The notes beneath the pieces were generated by a model. The model did no database searches. It saw only the letters and a list, made by a program, of their open reading frames with translations, and was not told the origin of the DNA. Of a stretch of DNA of 64,000 nucleotides, positions 1 through 12,209 are shown in pieces (the first letter of the stretch is position 1; the number at the start of each line of letters is the position of its first letter). The DNA is from Mobula birostris. Its lineage: Eukaryota. The stretch spans positions 43,304,459 through 43,368,458 of the forward strand of contig NC_092395.1 in assembly GCF_030028105.1 (NCBI RefSeq), read 5' to 3'. Position numbers and translations under genes: made by a program.

Positions 1-715
1 TAAAAAGTAAAGTGCTACAGCACACAGATACAAAAGCACTGAGACTGTACAATATGAGTGCAATACTGCTTAACGTTGTGATGTGAGGTTCAGCAGAATC
101 AAAGCATCAGGGAAGAAGCCCTTCCTGTGCCTGCTGGTGCGGGAATGGAGGCTCCTGTAGTGCCTTCTGGATGGGAGAAGAGTAAAAAGTCCATGGTTAG
201 GGTGAGATGCATCCTTGATAATGCTTTTCACCCTGCCCAGGCAGCGTTTATGGTAGAGGTTCTCAATGGTGGGCAATTGGGTTCCAATAATCCACGGGGC
301 AGTTTTCACCACACATTGGTTTGCTTTGCGGTCTGATATGGGACAATTGCCATACCACACTGAGATGCAGTTGGTGAGTATGTTCTCAGTGGTACAGTGG
401 TAAAAGTCCGTCAGTATACTGGGACAGAGGTGAGCTTTCTTGATACTCCACAGGAAATAAAGGCACTGTTGCGCCTTTTTGATCAAGGTAGAGGAATTCA
501 AAAACCAGGTGATATCCTCAGAAATGTGGACCCCAAGGAATTTGAAGCTTGATATACGCTCCACTACATCTCTGTTGCTGTAGGTGGCGACGTGAGTGTG
601 GCTCCTAGAATGCCTGAAGTGCACAATGATCTCCTTGGTCTTCTGGGTGTTAAGTTCCAGGTTGTTGTCGGCACACCACGCGACCAGGTGCTGGACCTCA
701 TCCCTGTAGGCCAAG
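1..715 (-). mobile_element. Rex1/Babar-type LINE, 3' RT fragment
   Basis: ORF 70-771: WCADNNLELNTQKTKEIIVHFR, FKFLGVHI, KAQQCLYFL, typical Rex1 RT C-terminus. Confidence 0.8.
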
Positions 716-1860
716 GTACCCCATGCAAGGCTTACTGAGAATGTAAGGATGCATGGTGTCCAAGGGGACATTGCTTTTTAAATCCAGAACTGGCTTGCCC
801 ACAGAAGGCAAAGAGTGGTTGTAGACGGGTCATATCCTGCATGGGGGTTGGTGACCAGTGGTGTGCCTCAGGGATCTGTTCTGGGACCACTACTCTTTTG
901 ATTTTTGTAAATGATCTGGATGAAGAAGTGGAGGGTTGGGTTAGTAAATTTGCTGATGACACAAAAGTTTGTGGTGCTGTGGATAGTGTGGTGGGCTGAC
1001 AGCGGTTACAGTGGGACATTGATATGATGCAAAACTGGGCTGAGAAGTGGCAGATGGAGTTCAACCAAGATAAGTGTGAGGTGGTTCATTTTGGTAGGTC
1101 AATTATGATGGCAGAATATAGTATTAATGGTAAGACTCTTGGCAGTGTGGAAGGTTAGAGGGAACTTGGGGTCCAAGTCCATAGGACATTCAAAGCTGCT
1201 GCGTAGGTTGACTCTGTGGTTAAGAAAGCATATATTGCATTGGCCTTAATCAAGCCTTCATCAATTGTGGGAATGTGTTTAGGAGCTGAGAGGAAATGTT
1301 GCAGCTGTATAGGACTCTAGTGAGACCCCACTTGGAGTACTGTGCTCAGTTCTGGTTGCCTCACTATAGGAAGGATGTGGAAATCATAGAAAGGGTGCAG
1401 AGGAGATTTACAAGGATGTTGCCTGGATTGGGGAGCATGCCTTATGAGAATAGGTTGAGTGAACTTGGCCTTTTTTCCTTGGTGCGACGGAAGATGAGAG
1501 GTAACCTGATGGAGGAATATAAGATGATGAGAGGCATTGATCGTGTGGATAGATGCTTTTTTGCAGGGCTGGAATGGCGAGCACGAGAAGGCAGAGTCTT
1601 AAGATGTTTGGAAGTAGGTATAGAGGAGATGCCAGGGGTAAGTTTTTTTACGCAGAGTGTGGTGAGTGCATGGAATGGGCTGTTGGCAACGATGGTGGAA
1701 GCGGATATGATAGGGTCTTTTAATAGACTCCTGGACAGGTAGATGTAGCTCATAAAAATTGAGGGCAATGAGCAACCGGAAGTAATTTCTAATGTAAGAA
1801 CATGTTCAGCACAGCTGTGTGGGCCAAAGGGCCTGTATTGTGCTGTAGGTCTTCTGTGTT
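716..1860 (+). mobile_element. CR1 (HER1-like) LINE, 3' fragment
   Basis: YRTLVRPHLEYCAQFWLPHYRKD...RVQRRFTRMLPG; decayed RT upstream. Confidence 0.85.
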
Positions 1861-1869
1861 ATGTGCTTC

Positions 1870-2640
1870 TGTGAGTTCACCAGGAAGGCTGGTTCTCAGA
1901 ATTACCCGATGCCTATCCCAGTACCTCAATCCAATAACCAACAGATTCCACAGTCATCTGTGGAAGATCCCGTGGAACTTGGAAGAGCCTGGGTCTGCTC
2001 AGCAGAGCCAGAGGGATGTATGAGGTAGAGATGTTGCTTACACTGTGGAAATGCTGGCCATTTCTGAGTCACTTGCTCTGAGCTGTTGGGAAAAATCCAA
2101 GGACCATCTGGTGAGGGGGGAAATGTAATGGTTATTCTCAAGACTCTCTCCCACTTTATTGATTTCCGGAGTGATTTTACCATTCCTATTATCTTGGAGG
2201 CTTAAGATTCTGTGAGAGCCTTGGTAGTCTCTGGTTCAGCAGGGAATTTTTTGGACATCAGACTGGCAGACAAAATCCAATTTCCTGAGCAACATCTCAA
2301 CCATCCTATGTCTGCTGTGGCCCTGGATGGTAGACCTTTGGAAGCTGGACAAATCTTTTATCTTCCCGTTGCTCTCAAGTTGACCTTTGGAAGTCACAGG
2401 GAGACTATTTGTTTCCATCTTATTCATTCTCCAGACATTCCCCGAATTCTTGGTTATCCACAGTTACATCTTCATAATAATTGGTTTAGCTAGTGTTCAG
2501 GCACCATTTAGAGCTGCTTGAACCTATGCTGGGATCAGTGACTTTCTAGAGGTTCTGAGACACCTTCTCCTGGTTCCAAGAGGCCAACCTGATTCTGTTG
2601 AATGACACAGAGTTCCAGAAGGATGTGGATGTATTTGGTG
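1870..2640 (+). mobile_element. Sushi/chromovirus-type Ty3/Gypsy gag-protease fragment
   Basis: VEDPVELGR...CLHCGNAGHF..TC zinc knuckle; ALVVSGSAGNF (decayed DSG protease site); ILGYP.L. Confidence 0.7.
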
Positions 2641-4435
2641 GATCATCAAGTGCATTGACAACTCTGGTTCAGTATGTGCCATTGGAAATCATGGATGGGA
2701 TCATTGAAAACTTGATTAATGATGATTGCATAATGGATATAGAAAGGGTGTATGTTTTGACAAATATGACTGATTAGCTTTGATGGTCTTTTGCCGATAA
2801 CATTGATAAGAGGATAATTGTTTACTGAAATGTTTGGCTGCTGTGAAAAAGGTCAGCATTTTGATTGAAGTCACGACTTCAGTAATTCATTGGGTGTTAC
2901 CAAGGCTCTTTTACCCAGTTGTAAGAGCAGGAGCACTTGCTGTGCTGAAATAACTTGCTGGGATTTTTCCTAGGGTTGAAATGGCTAACACTAGGGGTCA
3001 TAGCTGCAAGGTGCTTGGAAATAGGTACAATGGGGATGTCAGAAGCAAGTTTTTTATATAGAGAGTGGTGGGTATGTGGAATGTACTGCCAGTGACAGTG
3101 GTAGAGGCGGATACAATAGGGTCTTTCAAGACACTCTCAGAGAGGTACATTGAGCTTAGAAAGATAGAGGGCTATGCAGATAATTCAAGGCAGTTTCTAG
3201 AAAAGGGTACATGGTTCGCACAACTTTGTGGTCGAAATGTGCTGTACATTTGAATGGTCTATAGTCTAGATATGCATTTATGTTTGCAACATTTTTCAGA
3301 AGCATTCCATGTGAGCTTGTTCCTCACATTCCCAAATTGATGATATCACCCTCCAAAGAGTCCAACTCTGCAATCCGCTGTTGACAACAAATACCTGAAT
3401 TTGTGCACTGCATAATCTTCTGCTTTTCAGTCTTCCCTGACCTATATGAATTTGTCATAAAAGCAATAAAGAATTTTCCAATTCCAAATGATGTAAAACA
3501 AAACTGCTTCTCTGTCAGAATGTGTGAATGTCACAAAATAGTACACTGGAAGCTTTGTACTCAAGACTTGTTACAAGATCGGATGCAGCAAAGATAGGAC
3601 TCGCTGATCTTGGCAATACCTACTACATGAAGAGTGTCATTCAGGTCCTTTTCATGTTTTCTGACTTCAGGCATGCTGTTATGCTACTCAAGGAGAGTGA
3701 TTCAGTCATTAATGATGAAACTTCAATGATTATTTGTTTACTTGGAATGTAGCCAGAGATCTGCCATTCTCCCGGCAGCTTCTTGAAAGCTTCATCTTCC
3801 CCATGGCTTAATCAAAGTGTGCACCAGGACCTTCAGAGTATATAAGATATCTATTGAAAAGCTACATGAAGAAGAGAAGACTAGTAAAGGGATTCTCATG
3901 AACAGAGCCATTCAGACAGTGAACCTTGCAGAGAATTTTGAGATTGACAGGAAACAAAAATAGAAAGAATGTTTGGTGGGAAATGGTGACTAGGATCCTT
4001 TGTCATTGTTGTGATGTTTCCTTCTGAGAGGTTGCTTTTACAGATCTATCCCTAACATTTCTGTCACCAAACAAGGTCCTGTAAGTGTGTGGTCATTCAA
4101 GTGACTCGAATATTTCAATGAAGATTACCAGTGCAGATAATTTGGTATCACAAGCTGAGCAACAACACACAACTGTTCAGTTTCCAAATAAGCAGACACA
4201 AACAACATATAAGGAGTTTTCAGTGCAAGTGCTAATCAGTTCTGATGGAAAAACAAAAGAGGAGACTGTAGCATTTAGAATTAGTTCCTTGTTACAGAAT
4301 GATTTTACAGAGGCCTCCAGGGCAAAAAAATCTGTGACTCAGCAAATTGTAGATCAGTGTTTGCCCTTAGTTATTGCTTTCGTACACCAGAAATGTTGCC
4401 AGGTGATAATAGATAGTGAAATGCAGGAAAGATTG
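2640..4435 (+). pseudogene. USP35: Processed (intronless) USP35 pseudogene fragment, split by a CR1 insertion
   Basis: Across frames: SSALTTLVQYVPLEIMDGIIENL, LAAVKKVSILIEV, EAFH, FPDLYEFVIKAIK, KIGLADLGNTYYMKSVIQVLFM (degenerate Cys box), LMMKLQ*LF, EEEK, IERMFGG, FTDLSL, RSVFALSYCFRTPEML.GDNR. These are collinear with USP35 as recalled (USP38 is the closest alternative). Many stops and frameshifts; no introns. Confidence 0.85.
2955..3265 (+). mobile_element. CR1 3' end inserted into the USP35 copy
   Basis: TRGH/VVGMWNVLP CR1 C-terminal motifs interrupt USP35 at LK(Y)|M. Confidence 0.75.
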
Positions 4436-4440
4436 TGAAT

Positions 4441-4787
4441 TTGACAAGTTTTGCAGGAAATCAGGAAATAGTATTGATGCATTTGTCAATGTAATGGAAA
4501 AAGTTGGGGAGGGATGCATGTGTAGGTTTGGACAGAGGACTGATCCACATAACCAACAATAAAACAGGCATAGCTGGGTGCATGTGAATACTTATCGTTT
4601 TGAGCTTCTGGAGTGTTGTTGAAGCTGTCCTCATCCAGACAACTGGAGAGCATTCCATCACACTATTGACTTGAGCCTTGTCAGTGGTGGACAGGATTTG
4701 ATGAGTTAGGAGGTGATTTACTCACTAGAGGATTATAGCATCTGATCTGCTTTTGTAGCCATGTTGCGTACCATATATGGTTCCTTC
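4441..4787 (-). mobile_element. Degenerate CR1/L2-like LINE 3' fragment
   Basis: MECSPVVWMRTASTTLQKL resembles the C-terminus of this LINE family. Confidence 0.5.
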
Positions 4788-6188
4788 TGTCACAATGGGG
4801 GCGCTGGTAGCGGACCCAAATATAAGACAAGGAAGTACAAGGAACAGGACTTGACTAGTGTAGGGACGTGACAGGATACAGACGAGGAGCAGGGACAAGA
4901 ACACAGACATTGGCTAGGACATGGACAAGGAACTAAGGACTAGGAGCCTGGGCTTGGGAAAGTGGGACCAGGACTAGAAACCATGGACTAGGAGACAAGG
5001 CTTGGACTCTGAGCCAGATACTGGACAAGCACCCAGAACCTGGGTGTTGCCTCGGGCTCGGACCCCAGAACCAGGCAAGGACGTGACATGGCTTCAGGAC
5101 AGAATGTGGCTGGGGTCTAGAGGCCTGAGTCTGGAGACAGGCTGGGGTCTTGGCTCATGAGGCTTGAGCCTTGGCTCATGGGGTTTGAGGCTGGGGCCTT
5201 GGCTCATGGGGCTTGAGGCTGGGGCCTTGGCTCATGGAGCTTGAGGCTGGGGACTTTGCCCTTGAGGTTTGAGGCTGGGGACTTTGCCCTTGAGGTTTGA
5301 GGCTGGGGACTTGGGCCTTGAGGTTTGAGGCTGGGGACTTGGCTCTTGAGGATTGAGCTTGGAGACAGGTTGGGGTCCTGGCTCTTGGGTCTTGAGCTTG
5401 AAGACAGCCTGGGGTCTTGGGTCTTGAGCTGCTAACTCTGAGATAGACTGGGCACTGTACATCAACATAGAGCCGAAACTTATACTTAGACAAGCTGGGA
5501 CTCAACTTCTCTACACCAAGGTGGGACAGGACCATCCATCGGGTAATGGCAACACGGTCAGACTTACCCAACAGAGGCAAAGACAAGACAAGACAGATCC
5601 CCACACAGGGCAATGGCAAAATGGCCTGACTTACCCCACGGAGACAGGGCAAGACAAGACAAGACCCCCGCAGGGCAACAGGAGAATGGCCTGACTTACC
5701 CCACGGAGGCGAGGACAAGAAGAGACAAACATTGAAGAACGACAGACAGTTCCATCTCTACTTTGGGGTACTCCGATCCTCAGTTCAGCCAGCAACCTCA
5801 GCTGGCTACGGAAACAGCCGGATCCCTACCTAGCTCGGAGTGGCTGGCAGCCACTCAGCTGGCCCGGGAAACAGCCAAATCCATACTGCAAAGACAGCTC
5901 CGACTACTGACAGCGAGGCTCCATGAGCGATGGTTCTCCAACACGGCCTAAAGATAGCAAGTGGCTGCTTTAGTCTTCCACCGGCAGGTCGCTCTGAGAA
6001 AATCTTGACAAGACAAACCAGCAGCCCACAGTCATCCTCAAGGCTGCTTATATTTCAAGCCTCAAGATGGGAATCAGGTGCCTATGATTAACGCAACCAA
6101 AACAAGGGACAGCTGGAAGTCCTGGAGTCCTGAGTACACAGACCAGACCGTGAACCGGAATGCAGACTTCGTGGAGCGGACCATGACA
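4788..6188. mobile_element. Solo LTR (1401 bp) with 5-bp TSD
   Basis: TGTCA...TGACA termini; CCTTC duplicated at 4783-4787 and 6189-6193. Confidence 0.85.
5130..5420. repeat. Minisatellite, 28-bp period built of 7-mers
   Basis: TTGAGGCT recurs at 5185, 5213, 5241 and 5269; unit TTGAGGC-TGGGGCC-TTGGCTC-ATGGGGC. Confidence 0.85.
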
Positions 6189-6199
6189 CCTTCAGTATC

Positions 6200-6825
6200 A
6201 TGTGAATGATAAGACCCATGGTACAAAATTGCCAGTTGGGACCAGGCAGTTGAAAGATATCAAAATGTCGAAAATGGTGGTGGAGTTAGTGGGTAGAGGG
6301 GTTGATCCACCTTCCTGCTTGGGGAAAGTGACGGCTTTTGAGTCTGGTGGTGTTGGTGTGGATGTCATGTAGCTCCTCCCTAATGGTAGTGGGACAAACT
6401 GTCCATTGGGAGGGTGGCTAGGATCCTTTATGATATTACTGGCACTTTTCTGGCACCTTTTTGTATATATGTCCTTGATGGTGGGTCTGCTGTAGGATGA
6501 TGTGAGTATGGATGTGCAAAGTCCAGCTCTCATTTGCTTCTTCAGTAAGTAAAGATGTTTATGAGCTGTTGTGACTGTGTAGGATGTGTTCTTGAACCAA
6601 ATGTGTGATGTGGTCTCCCAGGAGTCTGAAACTGCTTGCAGTTTCCACTGCTGTACTGCCGATGTCAATGGGATGTACGAGTTCTGCTGAAATTGATCAT
6701 CTTCCTTGTCTTGTTGACATTTAGGAAGAGGGTATTCACCAAGCAACAGTCTCGACCTCTTCCAGTTCCTCTGTGTAGGCTGTCTCAGCACTGTTGGTGA
6801 TGGGCCCCACCTCGGTCATGTAAGG
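6200..6825 (-). mobile_element. Degenerate Rex1-type LINE fragment
   Basis: KDIYTKRCQKSASNIIKDPSHP..LPLGR C-terminal motif. Confidence 0.65.
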
Positions 6826-6829
6826 TGTT

Positions 6830-7905
6830 CCCTCTGAACTTAAATCTATGTACTCTTGTGCTTCATTCCCCAAAACATGGAAAAATACAGAGTGCATTCA
6901 TCCTATCCTATCCCTTCATGGTCATATACACCTCTCTGTGATCAGTTCTAACCTCACTAACCTCTCCCTATAACTCAGTCCCTTTAGTCCTGGCAACTTG
7001 TAAATCTTGCCAGTAACTGCATTCTTTGTAGTTTAGTAATATCTTTCCAACAGCAGGGCAAATCACATTGAACATTATACACCAAGTGTGACCATTGCAG
7101 CATCCTGTACAACCGCAACATGGCCTCCCAACTCTTATACTCTATTGCTGTGGCTGATGAAGTCCAATGTGCCAAAAGCCGCCTTTACCACCCAGTCTCC
7201 CTGTGACTCCACTTTCAGTTAAGCTTGTACTTGTACTCCAAGGTACCTCTCTTCACCGTCACTCCATATTCATGTGACAGCTCGACCTAGATTTGATCTT
7301 GCAAAATGCAATGCCTTGCACTTACAAACATAGAAACACAGAAAACCTACAGCACAATACAGGCTCTTTGGCCCACAAAGCTGTGCGAAACATGTCCCTA
7401 TTTTAGAAGTACCTAGGCTTTACCCATAGCACTCTATTTTTTGAAGCTCCATGTAGACGTCCAACAGTCTCTGAAAAGATCCTATCATTTTTGCGTCCAC
7501 CACCACTGCCTGCAGCCCATTCATGCACTCACCACTCTCTGCGTAAAAAAAAAAATTACACCAACATCTTCTCTGTACCTGCTTCCACGCACCTTAAATC
7601 TATGCCCCCTCGTGCTCGCTATTTTAGCCCTGGGGAAAAGCCTCTGACTATCCACACGATCAATGCCCCTCTTTATCTTGAACACCTCTATCAGGTCACC
7701 TCTCATCCTCCGTCGCTCCAAGGAGTAAAGGCCGAGTTCACTCAACCTATTCTCATCAGGCCTGCTCCCAAATCCAGCCAACATCCTTGTAAATCTCCTC
7801 TGCACCCTTTCTATGGTTTCCACGTCCTTCTTGTAGTGAGGCAACCAGAATTGAGCATAGTACTCCAAGTGAGGTCTGACCAGGGTACTATATAGCTGCA
7901 ACATT
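6830..7905 (-). mobile_element. CR1 3' fragments (two copies)
   Basis: ORF 7521-7904 YSTLVRPHLEYYAQFW...TRGHRFKV; tail near 7330; older copy at 6830-7320. Confidence 0.8.
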
Positions 7906-8989
7906 ACCTCTCGGTAATGTTATCCGAATTAACTATATTTGACATTCTTCATCTCACTTCCCCAATTGATCAAACTGCACATGTAATTATTAATGATCTT
8001 CTTCATTATTTACTATTAATCATGTATTTTATCTTTTTATTCAAATTGTTGATACAGATGACAAACGTCAAGGGGTCCTGCACCATCCCTCGAGGCACAG
8101 CATTCATCATAAGAAACCAGACCAAGAAACTATCCTTAAATATCCTGTGAGTGCCCATGGTAAATATGGGTCATTATACAGTTCTCCCATTCTCAGCTGT
8201 GTTTGTTGCTCATCAAGCAAACCTTCACGAGTGCAATGCCGAGAATGGGTCAAAATTCAATGCGCTGAAATAGTTCATACATCGAGATTACCTCTTGGAT
8301 GTTGATTAAATGACATCAAGTGTTCTCAGTGAAAGAATTCTACCCTTGGTGTTGGGAACAGGAAGTGTGGCTGCCCTTTAGCGGTGTCCTTGTTTTGGTC
8401 CAACATTTGATCTATGAACATGGATACGCTATGGTTTCCAAAACCTGGCATCAACACTGTCATTTTTCAGACAAGCCCAGGATTAGCTGTTAATTCTAAT
8501 AAATGCCATCAGGAAGTAGTTGAATAGAATAAGGGAATTTTCCACCTCTGCCCAAAGTTAAACCACTCAGCGTTAATCTTTGTGTGCTCCAATTTTCGCA
8601 CTTTCTTTGAGAGCGTCACGAGCATCAGTCTCACTGACCCAGTGACCCCACTACCCATGGGAATCCAGACAGTGAGTGTGGCAGACAAGAGCAAGTGAAC
8701 CCATTTGGCCCAGTGCTGCCCTCCTCACACAGCCAGCAATCAGGGTCACCGACAGAGAGCAGGAGTGTGGACATGCTGGCTGAGCTTTAACTTGTAATCT
8801 GAAGCAGGGACGCTGGTTGTAGTTACTGCAATCTCCGGGGAAGATCAATTGAACCATTTTGGAAAGGTAGCATGACACAGACCTGATTGGTCTGTACATC
8901 TCATTGAATGATTATTGCATAGACATATTTTGTTGTGTAAGTCTATCCACTCATTGATGGCTGTCATCAATGATATACATCTCCCTCGA

Positions 8990-9290
8990 ATCCATTACCC
9001 TATTTATTGCATTCAGTTCTGGTCAACCCAGTATGGGAAGGATGGGGAGGCTTCAGAGAGGGTACAGAACAGGTTTACCTGGATGCTGCATAAAGTTGAG
9101 GACAGGTGAGATAAGGAGCGATTGGATAAATCTGGTATATTTTCCCATGGTAAAGTATCAGATACTCGAGGGCATTCATTTAAGTTGAGGGGGCTAAGTT
9201 GAATGGAGATTTGCAGGGCATCTGCTTCCATAAAAATGGTGAATGCCTAGAATGTACTGCCAGAGTTGGTAGTGGAGACAAATATGTATT
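8990..9290 (+). mobile_element. Old CR1 fragment
   Basis: YCIQFWSTQYGKD...ERVQNRFTWML. Confidence 0.6.
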
Positions 9291-10589
9291 ATTTCTGTTC
9301 CTTTCCTATCTTCACAGAATCTAAATATCTCCATTTCTTTTCTACTTGAGATACTATGGATTCAGAGGTTAATGACCTGGGTTTGCATTATCCAGTGGGT
9401 GATCATTAACGAATGTCAATGATGCAGTATGCTGGAGCTTCATTTAGGAGAATTGCCCCACTGGAGTTAATTATTTCATTACCTTCCACCAGTCTCTGAC
9501 ATCCTGAATGTCCTTACAGCACAGAATAGCTTTGTGACCTGTTACTTTAATCCTTTAAATAAACTTTCCTCCAAAAGGAGGAAATCAAGGGGCTAAAAGC
9601 AAATTATAGACCCCACCAGGAACTGGTTTTCAGAATTTTCTTTTTTGTAATCAAATAGATCTGTAGTCATTCAGAACGTATACCAAGCTTCAGAAGGAAC
9701 ATTTGAAATATCAAAGCATAGGACTTATATAAAAAAATGCAGAGGCAGGGGGATGAAGTGAATGACAACAGATTTATCTGAGAATTATGAAAATTTGGAT
9801 GTTTTGACATTAAGGCAGTTGGGGCATGGAAAATGTACTGAAGACTTACAAGTAGAAAGCTAAAAGAAGAGACAGAAAAATGGATCCTGATGGGGTTCTC
9901 AATTGTATCAATGAAAGTGATGAATATATTGCTGGCAAGGACAAAATTTGTTGCCCTTCTTCATTAGGAGAAGGTATTCCTGATGGGCTGCTTTCTCAAC
10001 CGTCCAAAATTTGTATCATGTATATACAGTACTTCTGCAGTGATATTAGGCTGGAGGTTCCAGTATCTGTAGCAGAGATGACAAAGAAACTGTTCAAGAT
10101 AATGTGTGACATTGGGGTCAGGAAGTGGAATCCAACTCGTCTTGTTCCCAAGTGCTGGTCTCTCTTGATCTTTGTGATGGTGCAAGTCATTTGTATTAAT
10201 GACCCTGCTGAAGAAGACTTGCAGTGAATCTCAATCTCAACTCATCTAGACGGATTCCATCCAGTCTCAGACACTGTAACATGCTGTATTTCAGTACCTG
10301 CAGTACCATAGATATTATAATCAGCTGTGTAATCTGTCCTTCAGCAGTTTTCTCCAGAGTGGGGTAGAATAAACCTGCTGTTATTCCTCTGGCTCACTGA
10401 CTGTCCAATCGTTGTCCCACAATTGATCAGATCATAGTTTGGACTGCAACTGCTGTTTGCAAAATAGCACAGAGTAAAACTGAACTCAATGGACCCAGGA
10501 CTGGCCAAGTTCCTCCTTATTCCCATTTACTTCCTACATAAGCAGTGGGCCTTGCATTGGGAATTTAGACACTAGGATGCTTAGGCAGC

Positions 10590-10790
10590 CTGAGAGACAT
10601 GTCAGACAGTGTGATATCTCACAGCTTCAGCGACCTGGATTCAGTTCTGAGCTTGACTATGTGAAATTTGAATGTTCTCTCTGTGACCATTGAGTTTCCT
10701 ACTGATGTTCTGTTTTCCTTGTACAGTGCAGATATGGTACAGTACTGTAAATTGCACCTTATTGTAATGAAGCAACAAAAGAATCAAAGG
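10590..10790 (+). mobile_element. Degenerate HE1/V-SINE-like element
   Basis: Decayed CTCACAGC..GACCTGGATTCA..GTTCTCTCTGTGACC...TTTCC pattern. Confidence 0.4.
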
Positions 10791-11994
10791 ATATTTGATG
10801 GCATGTGTGAGTAAAATAGAACTGGCATCAATGGGGTTACTCTATTGGGGGGTTGTAGAGACCCAATGGGCTGAATGGCCTCATTAGGTGTTTTCCTGAA
10901 TAACAATTCCACAGTCTCTGCTGTAATATTTGATGAGTGACATCTTTTCAGTGTAAAATTATGACAAATGTTAATTATTTTCCTCCTGTAGATGTGCTGA
11001 GACATCATGAACTGAGAAGAAGTTGGTGTGAGATTTCTCTGGTGGGATTGATGGATCTTGACCATTGCATCATGGTTATTTGGTGAATATGCTTTTTTCC
11101 CCAGGAACCTTGGGCTGCAATGCCTGTGTTGTGGGAAATCAAACCTGGCATCCCACTCAACACAATAAACATAGGAACACTCAGAAAGGAAAACCCTTCC
11201 TCCAGGCGATGATGCTGCTTAACTTGGATTCAGTATTGTAGATATTCAATTAGTTGGACAGCTCCTGACAACTCCACTAAAGATGGAGAGATCGGGTTCT
11301 TTTCTTTGTGATGGAAGGAAGATTCTGCGTGCTACTGCCAATCAGATCTGAGCTGGCATTGAGCTGCCTATCTACAGAACAATAGATATAATGGATCAGA
11401 ATGGTCCAAGGGATGGCTATTTTGAAGTGAGGTCCAGTGTTGCTCAGTAAGGTGAGGTCTTACAGTCAATGATGTGTCATGATAGCAAGGAGGTAGATTT
11501 CCTTATGAACAATGACTTAGGAGAGGAAGTAGATTGCTCAGCCCTTTGAACCTGCTTTGCCATTCAATCACATTATGGCTAATCTTGCTGTAAATGTACA
11601 GCCCCATTACTCCATGTTCCAATAACTTTTCACCCTCTTACTGATTTTACAATGTGATTTGATTCTGTTTCCACAGCCTCGGAGAAAATGAGATCCCAAG
11701 GTTTGTGGTTCTCTGACAGAGAAGCAAACATTAATTCACATCTGTCCTAAATAGCCAGCCCCTGAATTTTTAAACACTAACACTTTGTTGTAGATGCTCC
11801 AAAATGAGGAAACATCTTGTCCATAGTCACCCAGCCAAGATCCCTCCAGAGATGGTGATCCTATTTCCCTTTCAGCCTTAAAAATTCTGTTGGATACAGG
11901 CCTCACTTTCCCTCACAAGATGACCTACACATCAGAGTAGTGAACCCAGGAAAAAGGGAGAAATGAGAGAGAAATGAGTGTCCCTGCTTCCAGC

Positions 11995-12160
11995 TAGCCA
12001 CCTGATGATGTAGTGGCACTGTACCGGACTTCAAGGTGAGTGGTCTCTGGTTTGAATCCAGCTGGCTCCTTGCACACTTTACATCCGTGCTGCATTGAGT
12101 GTCGAGCTAGCAACTTGGCCTCATTAAAAACAGGCAAATGCTAAAGAAACTGCAAAGAGT
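11995..12160 (+). mobile_element. tRNA-derived SINE
   Basis: A-box-like TGATGTAGTGG and B-box-like GGTTTGAATCC with tRNA-like spacing. Confidence 0.55.
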
Positions 12161-12209
12161 ATTTTCAGTGCAACAGATGAGATCTCACCAGTACTTCTTC
12201 CAACAGAAA

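Noticed and set aside
5176-5718. Pro/Gln-rich repetitive ORFs
   Set aside because: Read-through of the LTR minisatellite
9560-10230. 115-aa ORF and coding-like stretch, possibly a further pseudogene fragment
   Set aside because: No family recognised in any frame; needs blastx
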